Virus record (IMG/VR): IMGVR_UViG_3300026292_000003
Span: 124,001 to 188,000 of that record
DNA length: 64,000 nt
Direction: 5' to 3' (one strand)
In this document: positions 57,394-64,000 of the stretch, one piece after another
How the letters are laid out: the number at the start of each line of letters is the position of its first letter
Position numbering within the stretch: position 1 is the first letter of the stretch
The notes under the pieces: generated by a model
Databases searched by the model: none
The model's input: the letters and a program-made list of their open reading frames with translations, nothing else
What the model was told of the DNA's origin: nothing
Made by a program: the position numbers and the translations under genes

Positions 57394-59400
57394 TTGGCCA
57401 TTAAAGCATTCAGCGGCGGTATTCAAAATCAACCATTACCAGAAATTAACCTAGCTAATATTGCAGACGGTGATATCCTAGTCTATGATGTAAGCACAAA
57501 AGCATTTGAGAACACCGCAGGTAGTTTTACTACATTAGACCAAGTTAATGCTCTTATAGCAAACATTAACAGTGGTGGAACAGTAGATTTAAGTAACTAT
57601 GCTACCACAGCCTCACTTTCTACAGAAGTCACAAATTTGACAGCTTTAATTAACTCTAAGACTACTGAATCTTATGTAGATGCACAGATAGCCGCACTTC
57701 CTGGACCTACTGATTTAACTAACTATGTTACAAATTCAGATCTTGCGGCGGCAATAGCAAACTTTGATACTAGCACAGAAATTGATGGAAAAATTAATAC
57801 GGCTATTGCAAACGCCACATTCTTTGATGGCGATTACAATAACCTTTTTAACACTCCCCAAATTCCATCATTAACTGGATATGCTACACAAGTTTGGGTA
57901 CAACAACAAATTAATGCTATACCCGGTGGCGGTGGAGGTGGTTCAACAACACTAGATGGATTAACTGATGTTGATACTACAAGTGCAACAGCAGGTCAAG
58001 TATTAAAATATGATGGTAATTCATGGGCACCAGCAGATGATGCAACAACTGGAGGTGGCGGAACTGATGCAGATACATTAGATGGTTTTGATAGTTCTTA
58101 TTATTTAGATTATACTAACTTTACTAATACTCCAGCTCCTGTTACACCATTTAGTGGTGACTATGCAGACCTAACAAACAAGCCAACATTATTTGATGGA
58201 GCATATGCTTCGTTAAGTGGTGCACCAACTGTTCCAACAGATTTAAGTGATTTAACTGATACAACTAATTTATTATCAGGTGCGGCTTATACTGATGCAA
58301 GTGTAGATATACATATTAATAAAGCATCAGCGGCATCTGGTCAAGTATTAGGTTGGGATGGTTCAGATTATGTTTGGGTTAACAATGCAGGTGGAGGCGG
58401 CGGTGCTACTTCTTTAGGTGGACTAACAGATGTAAGTAATACTGCACCATCATCAGGAATGGTTTTAAAATGGAATGGTACTGAATGGGCTCCAGCAGTT
58501 GACGCAACTACAGGCGTTGGTGGAAGTAACTATGCAACAGAATCTTATGTAGATCAAAAATTAACAGAACGTGGACCACATTTTAGTGGTGACTATAATG
58601 ATTTAACAAACACACCTGTTTTATTCTCAGGTGACTATACTGACTTACTTAACAAACCAGCAGGTAATGCAGATTTAAGTTTACAACTTGTTGGTACTGA
58701 TTTACAATTATTAAATATAGAACCTGATCCAGATACAATTATTAGTTCAGTAAGTTTATCTTCATTAGGTGCGGCGATAGGTACTAGTATAGATTATACA
58801 GATTTACAAAACTTACCTAACTTGTTTAGCGGTGACTATAATGATTTAGTTAATAGACCAAATTTATTCTCAGGCAATTATGATGATTTAGCAAATAAAC
58901 CAGTAGTACCTAGTATTGCAGGATTAGCATCTACTGCTTATGTTGATGCGGCAGTTACTGGTGCAACAACAGGAGATAAAGTATTTGAAGGTAACGTAAG
59001 TCAAGTAGCAAAAGTTTCTAATGTTGTTGCGGCATCGCAAGATAATTATATTATATCTATTACAACAACAGATGCAACAATTACTGAAGCATTATTAATG
59101 AGTGGTAATAGAATAGAAATTGAAGATAATAGTACAGTTATGTACGATATTCATGTTGTAGGTGCAGATAGCACAGAACATCATGGTGTAAAAATTAAAG
59201 GAATCATAGATAGAACTAGTGGAACTACCGCATTAGTTGGTACTCCTGCTAAAGAAATATTAGTAGAAAATGATGATGGGTGGAATGCAGACGTTATTGC
59301 AGACACCGTAAATGGTAGTTTAAAGATTACAGTTCAAGGAGAAGCAAGTAGATCCGTACAATGGACTATATTTGTGGAACTAAAAACCGTAAAAAGATAG
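57394..59400 (+). CDS. Tail-fibre-like protein with internal repeats
   Basis: TTG start after AGGAG; about 8 (F)SGDYxDLxNxP repeats and GQVLxWxG/LxxLTDV repeats. Confidence 0.8.
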   Translation: MAIKAFSGGIQNQPLPEINLANIADGDILVYDVSTKAFENTAGSFTTLDQVNALIANINSGGTVDLSNYATTASLSTEVTNLTALINSKTTESYVDAQIAALPGPTDLTNYVTNSDLAAAIANFDTSTEIDGKINTAIANATFFDGDYNNLFNTPQIPSLTGYATQVWVQQQINAIPGGGGGGSTTLDGLTDVDTTSATAGQVLKYDGNSWAPADDATTGGGGTDADTLDGFDSSYYLDYTNFTNTPAPVTPFSGDYADLTNKPTLFDGAYASLSGAPTVPTDLSDLTDTTNLLSGAAYTDASVDIHINKASAASGQVLGWDGSDYVWVNNAGGGGGATSLGGLTDVSNTAPSSGMVLKWNGTEWAPAVDATTGVGGSNYATESYVDQKLTERGPHFSGDYNDLTNTPVLFSGDYTDLLNKPAGNADLSLQLVGTDLQLLNIEPDPDTIISSVSLSSLGAAIGTSIDYTDLQNLPNLFSGDYNDLVNRPNLFSGNYDDLANKPVVPSIAGLASTAYVDAAVTGATTGDKVFEGNVSQVAKVSNVVAASQDNYIISITTTDATITEALLMSGNRIEIEDNSTVMYDIHVVGADSTEHHGVKIKGIIDRTSGTTALVGTPAKEILVENDDGWNADVIADTVNGSLKITVQGEASRSVQWTIFVELKTVKR

Positions 59401-59470
59401 CAAAGATGATAAATAAATGTAGTAGCAAAAGCTACAGAACATTAAATATACATTTTAAGGAGAACTAAAA

Positions 59471-59776
59471 ATGGCAACAAGAAATCCAGCAAACGTAATT
59501 GAGTTCGGTAAAGTTAACTTTGGCGCACCTATTACAGTATTCGCAATCGCATCTGCATCAGGTATCGATGGACAAGTAGCTCCAGGTGAAGACCTAGAGA
59601 AATTTGTAGAAGCAGTACAATCAAAAGGTACAGTTATCGGTCTAGGTGCTGAATCAGGTGGAGCATTCAACTGTTATGTTGAAAACTCTTCTTGGACAGC
59701 GGCTGACTTAGAAACAGCAGTTCAAGCATTAGGCGGAACTCTAGCTTCAGCAACAGTTACTGACGCAGGTCTATAA
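59471..59776 (+). CDS. Small putative virion (head decoration-like) protein
   Basis: Late promoter at 59409, AAGGAG RBS, strong terminator after. Confidence 0.55.
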   Translation: MATRNPANVIEFGKVNFGAPITVFAIASASGIDGQVAPGEDLEKFVEAVQSKGTVIGLGAESGGAFNCYVENSSWTAADLETAVQALGGTLASATVTDAGL

Positions 59777-59805
59777 TATTTAAATTATAGATATTAAAAC
59801 AATTC

Positions 59806-59843
59806 AAAAGCCCAGTATACTTAATTGTGTACTGGGCTTTTCC
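59806..59843. terminator. Intrinsic terminator, potentially bidirectional
   Basis: aaaagcccagtatac / gtgtactgggctttt, about 15-bp stem with A and T tracts. Confidence 0.85.
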
Positions 59844-59890
59844 TTTGACGATAGATAAATACTATATACACACTATAGGAGTACAATAAA

Positions 59891-60253
59891 ATGTCAACAG
59901 ATATAAACAAAGACGGTAAAGTTTCATGGCTTGAAGCATTTCCTTATTGGTTTGATAAATTACGTATATTTCCAAGAATATTCATTTCTATGTATATCTA
60001 TTTGTTATACAGAGTAACTGAATGGTTTATGGCTTTGCCAGAACCAAGTATGCCACAAGCTGGTTTAGTAAGTGTTGTAGTTGGTGCCGGTGCGGCATGG
60101 TTTGGACTATATGTAAATAGTACAAGTGAGAATCCAGGTAAAATTGTAGTACAAACAACTGCAAGTCCTACTTCAACAAGCGGTTCCTCTTATTCAGGAG
60201 CGGCGTCAGCTGAAGCAGAATACTCAGATGAATATAAGGGTGGAAAATATTAA
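59891..60253 (+). CDS. Two-TM membrane protein
   Basis: RIFPRIF..TM..PSMPQAGLVS..TM. Confidence 0.7.
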   Translation: MSTDINKDGKVSWLEAFPYWFDKLRIFPRIFISMYIYLLYRVTEWFMALPEPSMPQAGLVSVVVGAGAAWFGLYVNSTSENPGKIVVQTTASPTSTSGSSYSGAASAEAEYSDEYKGGKY

Positions 60254-60804
60254 TGTATCAACATCATATTATATTAAAAACAAAAGAACCACTGGAAGCC
60301 AAACTCGTTGCTGAATGGTTAAAAACAGTAAAAGAGTTTGGACCAGATGATATTGCATTTGCATATCAGCACGGTGATCACGAAGTAAGTATGGAATATG
60401 GAACAAATGAAGAAAGTCCACTACCGCATAGTTACGTAGTTCCATTAAAAAGAGATATGACAGCAGATGAAACATTTGTTGTTGTTTCAGCTTGGGAATA
60501 CAAATATATGCCAGACTTTAATATAGAAATTTCTAATATGTATGATACAATGCAAGACTTTGAAATAGACATCGATGAAGATGTTAAACAAAAAGCAACA
60601 CTAGATCTTAACAAGTGGCATCATAATAGATGGCGTGACGAAATGTTAAAAGAAGGTTGGCATTATGGATTGTACTTTAGTTCAAAAAACAAAAGTCACC
60701 CTGCATTAAAAGATTGGGATTCATTACCAGAGAGTCATAGAAGAAGTCCACAGTTTAACAATAAAGAGATATTTGAATGGTTGCGTAAAAACGGCGTAGC
60801 ATAA
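60253..60804 (+). CDS. RyR-domain-containing protein
   Basis: HNRWRDEMLKEGWHYG..KSHPALKDWDSLPE. Confidence 0.7.
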   Translation: MYQHHIILKTKEPLEAKLVAEWLKTVKEFGPDDIAFAYQHGDHEVSMEYGTNEESPLPHSYVVPLKRDMTADETFVVVSAWEYKYMPDFNIEISNMYDTMQDFEIDIDEDVKQKATLDLNKWHHNRWRDEMLKEGWHYGLYFSSKNKSHPALKDWDSLPESHRRSPQFNNKEIFEWLRKNGVA

Positions 60805-60805
60805 A

Positions 60806-61714
60806 ATGATATCTAAAAACGACTTTGTCGTACTTACAGAAGACGGACAAATCAAATCAACACAAACTCATTTCCTTATTAAGAATAATCTTACAGATTT
60901 TATAAGATGGGATTGCGAAGTATTTTCACACACAAAGAATATCAATTCACAAACTGGTAAAACAGGTTACACAGCCTGTGGTAATAAATCTACAACTTGT
61001 AACGTAGGAATATGCTCGTGTCCTACTGATATATATTTGCCTAAAGGTTTAAACGAGCATTGGCTTTTTTTATTAAGAGAAAAAGTTAGAAAATTATCTA
61101 CAAATGACATATTAGATAGTTACCAATTAGAAGATGGTAAAATTGTTGCTTGTGGTCAACTAGGATTATTAGTTAATACAAAATTTGTAGTAGACTGGAA
61201 CTTATTAAGAAGATGTAATTTTTCTTGTACCTATTGTGCTCCAGATATACACAGTTATACAAGTGAGTTTCCACCTTTTGAACAATTACAAAAAGAATTT
61301 AATGATATAAAAATTCCACAAGGTAAAGAAGCATATTTTAACCTAAATGGTGGTGAACCAACATTACACCCAAATATATTTGACATAGTAAAAATGTGTT
61401 ACAATGTTGGACACGTAGAACTATTATCAAATGGAACTGCTTCAGTTTCAATGTATAATGATTTACTTGATTATACTAAAATTAATATAAGTTTACACCA
61501 CGAATTAATTAACGAAAAACATATGAAAAAATTTGTTAAAATAGCTGAATTAAATAAAGGTGAATTAGTGTTTAAATACTTTAATACATTTGACGAAGAA
61601 AAATACAAAGAATACTTGGATAAATTATCAACATTTAACCATGTATCAATTATTACCAACAAACGTCTTATCTTACGTGGTCAACGTAACCAAGATAAAT
61701 CTTGGGCAACATAG
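60806..61714 (+). CDS. Radical SAM protein with N-terminal Cys-rich module
   Basis: CNFSCTYC, GGEPTLHP and LSNG. Confidence 0.85.
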   Translation: MISKNDFVVLTEDGQIKSTQTHFLIKNNLTDFIRWDCEVFSHTKNINSQTGKTGYTACGNKSTTCNVGICSCPTDIYLPKGLNEHWLFLLREKVRKLSTNDILDSYQLEDGKIVACGQLGLLVNTKFVVDWNLLRRCNFSCTYCAPDIHSYTSEFPPFEQLQKEFNDIKIPQGKEAYFNLNGGEPTLHPNIFDIVKMCYNVGHVELLSNGTASVSMYNDLLDYTKINISLHHELINEKHMKKFVKIAELNKGELVFKYFNTFDEEKYKEYLDKLSTFNHVSIITNKRLILRGQRNQDKSWAT

Positions 61715-61715
61715 G

Positions 61716-61744
61716 TTGACTTCTATTTTATAATCTGTTATAAT
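61716..61744 (+). promoter_or_regulatory. sigma70 promoter
   Basis: TTGACT-17-TATAAT with extended TG. Confidence 0.75.
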
Positions 61745-61767
61745 AAAGCTAACAAGGAAGGAAAAAA

Positions 61768-61971
61768 ATGACTAAAACTATAGCATCAATAATCGTCCTA
61801 GGATTTCTAGTAGGGTGTAGTGCAATACCAGAAAATCCAAGAATGTCTTTTGGTAAGAAATGTTCAGTTACTGAAGAAAATCAGGTTGCATATTCTTATG
61901 TATGGTTGTACAATAAAGACTCAGGACTAGAAGCAAATAAAGAAACTTGTAAAAAATTAGAAGAGAAGTAA
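61768..61971 (+). CDS. Small lipoprotein
   Basis: LVGC lipobox. Confidence 0.75.
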   Translation: MTKTIASIIVLGFLVGCSAIPENPRMSFGKKCSVTEENQVAYSYVWLYNKDSGLEANKETCKKLEEK

Positions 61972-61977
61972 TATATA

Positions 61978-63003
61978 ATGACTTTAGGTAAAGTTGGTTT
62001 TGCTTGTAAGTATTTACATCACGATCAAACACAAAAGAAGAAAATCCTAGAGGAACTTCAAAGACCACTTACTGAAAAATGTACAACAGTAAGGTGGCTT
62101 AATAGTCAACATAGAGATGTAGCAGAGCAAAGGCTATGGGACATAATGGTCCATAATAGTCAAGCAGTTTACAACCTAATAGAATATGTTGGCAGTTTAC
62201 CAGAACGACAGAGAATGGTTAGGCTGGGCAGTAATCAACTGCCCGTCTATACTCAAGATGATTGGCGATATTTCTGGAAACGCACAGACGTAATTGATTA
62301 CGCAAATAAGTATTATAGTAGAGCAGGTGAACTTGCAAGGAAACTTGGTGTACGTCTTAGTATGCACCCAGGGCAATTTACAGTACTAGCAAGTGATAAT
62401 CCTGAAATTGTAGAACGTAGTATAGAGGAGTTTGAATATCATGCGAATATCATCAGGTGGATGGGCTACGGTAAGAGTTGGCAAGACTTCAAGTGTAACG
62501 TCCACATCTCAGGCAAAAAAGGTCCAGCCGGTATCAAAGCCGTCCTTCCAAGATTGTCTACAGAAGCAAGAAACTGTATTACTATTGAAAACGATGAAAA
62601 CTCGTGGGGCATCGATGCCTCGCTTGAACTTGAGAAGGAGGTAGCACTCGTTGCAGACATACACCACCACTGGGTTCATAGTGCCGGAGAGTATATACAC
62701 GTCAATGACGACAGAATTAAACGTATTATTGATTCTTGGCGTGGCGTTAGGCCTGTGTTGCATTATAGTGTTAGCCGTGAAGATTATATCAACTCGGATA
62801 ACAAAAGACATAGACCGGACTTTCAAGCCCTTATTGAGCAAGGATACAAAAAAGCCAAATTAAGAGCCCATAGCGACTATATGTGGAATACAGCCGTTAA
62901 CGAATGGGCTGGAACATTCCGTAAAGACTTTGATATCATGGTAGAAGCTAAAATGAAGAATTTAGCTAGTATCCCATTTGAGGAACAAACAGCTCTTATT
63001 TGA
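61978..63003 (+). CDS. uvsE: UV damage endonuclease
   Basis: GFAC, RLSMHPGQF, NVHISG, TIENDE, DIHHH and AHSDY. Confidence 0.92.
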   Translation: MTLGKVGFACKYLHHDQTQKKKILEELQRPLTEKCTTVRWLNSQHRDVAEQRLWDIMVHNSQAVYNLIEYVGSLPERQRMVRLGSNQLPVYTQDDWRYFWKRTDVIDYANKYYSRAGELARKLGVRLSMHPGQFTVLASDNPEIVERSIEEFEYHANIIRWMGYGKSWQDFKCNVHISGKKGPAGIKAVLPRLSTEARNCITIENDENSWGIDASLELEKEVALVADIHHHWVHSAGEYIHVNDDRIKRIIDSWRGVRPVLHYSVSREDYINSDNKRHRPDFQALIEQGYKKAKLRAHSDYMWNTAVNEWAGTFRKDFDIMVEAKMKNLASIPFEEQTALI

Positions 63004-63029
63004 TAAATACTACAAATAGGAGATACATT

Positions 63030-63368
63030 ATGAATGATATTCAAAGATTAAAAGAACTTTCAGGCATCATATCTGAAGCACCAAAACCCGTAGCAAAAAT
63101 AAGCCAAGGCGGATTTATGGACTGGAAATATTCTAGTCGTGATGATATAATAGACTTGGGACATAGTGTAGCCGACTCATTAAAAGTAGAGGGTACATAT
63201 ACTCACGATTTAAACAAAGAATGGGAACAAACTGGTTACATTAATTTAGCTATGATACAGAATTGGGAAGAAATCAAAGGACAAATTCCAAGTGAAGATT
63301 TAGAACAAATTTTAGAAGATGAAGAAATTATCGAACCTGCAAGATGGTTAGATGTAGATTGGGTTTAA
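63030..63368 (+). CDS. Putative internal head protein
   Basis: AGGAG RBS then ATG 63030; starts MNDIQRLKELSGI..E. Confidence 0.6.
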   Translation: MNDIQRLKELSGIISEAPKPVAKISQGGFMDWKYSSRDDIIDLGHSVADSLKVEGTYTHDLNKEWEQTGYINLAMIQNWEEIKGQIPSEDLEQILEDEEIIEPARWLDVDWV

Positions 63369-63369
63369 T

Positions 63370-64000
63370 ATGAAATTTAATGATATAAAACAAATGCCAC
63401 AAGAAGGCGACATTGTAGGTTTAGAATTTGGCGATGTGATGATCGAATCTAAATTTGTGGAATATCTAGATGATGGTATCGTAGTAGAAATGGCTCCTAA
63501 AGGCGAACAACTATTAAAAGAATTTTTACCTCTTATACCTGCGGCAGTATGGGCAGGCGGTGCGGCGTGGAGTGCATATGATGCATGGCAGGCAAAAAAA
63601 GCATATGACAGAGGTGAAATTACAAAAGGTCAATTAGCAGGAAGAATTGGTACTGATGCGGCACTTACAATTATAGGTGGTGGATTAGCAAAAGGTGCAG
63701 TAAAAGCAACAAAAGCAGTAGCAAAAATGTTTAAGAAAAAACCAGATGTAAAAATTGATGTACCAAAAGTAGAACCAGTTAAAACAAATAATGTTCCAGT
63801 TAAAACAAACAATGTTCCAGTTAAAACAAATAATGTTCCAGTTAAAACAAACAATGTTCCAGTTTCAACAACTGGTGGAGCAGTAGCAGGTAAGACAACT
63901 AGTAAAGTAGTCACAAAGAAAGTTGACGATATAAAAAATAAAAATAAGAATAAAAAGAAGAAAAGTAAACTTAATAGATTTGGTGGTAACCTAGCACCAA
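63370..64000 (+). CDS. Putative virion protein, 3'-truncated by the window edge (not in ORF track)
   Basis: Open frame from ATG 63370: MKFNDIKQ..LLKEFLPLIPAAVWAGGAAWSAY..(PVKTNNV)4..; no stop before 64000. Confidence 0.75.
   Translation, partial: MKFNDIKQMPQEGDIVGLEFGDVMIESKFVEYLDDGIVVEMAPKGEQLLKEFLPLIPAAVWAGGAAWSAYDAWQAKKAYDRGEITKGQLAGRIGTDAALTIIGGGLAKGAVKATKAVAKMFKKKPDVKIDVPKVEPVKTNNVPVKTNNVPVKTNNVPVKTNNVPVSTTGGAVAGKTTSKVVTKKVDDIKNKNKNKKKKSKLNRFGGNLAP
63775..63864 (+). repeat. 21-bp tandem repeat, four copies plus a partial
   Basis: ccagttaaaacaaa(t/c)aatgtt encoding PVKTNNV. Confidence 0.92.

Noticed and set aside
63630-63914. Minus-strand ORF with TGTLFVL repeats
   Set aside because: Antisense of the plus-strand ORF from 63370, which has normal codon usage and context

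Overview
This AT-rich, densely coding 64 kb window is almost entirely on the + strand and uses the standard genetic code. It is a segment of a large, T4-like/jumbo myovirus genome, with PAAR spike and collagen/tail-fibre genes, class Ia nrdAB-grx, phoH, uvsE and TTGACA-17-TATAAT early promoters plus recurrent (A/T/C/G)TAAATA T4-type late promoters. The host is probably a marine alphaproteobacterium, inferred from an alpha-type two-piece tmRNA and an MsmA-like oxygenase. It carries 11 tRNAs with encoded CCA and a circularly permuted tmRNA (tag AEDNFAIAA). It also encodes a near-complete translation/proteostasis toolkit: ClpP, ClpX, ClpS, ClpA, a DnaJ-like co-chaperone, IF1, IF3 and bS21. The most notable observations are: (1) the permuted tmRNA beside a ClpX lacking the RKH ssrA-recognition loop and a ClpS with an altered N-degron pocket; (2) five late genes with a fixed 5-nt promoter-to-start gap (predicted leaderless mRNAs), late promoters embedded in RBS-occluding hairpins, and an AUA start; (3) several unexplained structured RNA leaders; (4) a Rieske-less ring-hydroxylating oxygenase and a catalytically dead DNA ligase paralogue; (5) a 48-bp identical promoter repeat flanking a 2.4 kb early module; and (6) expanded sulfotransferase-like and radical-SAM paralogue families. 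All assignments come from manual motif reading; no database search was run.
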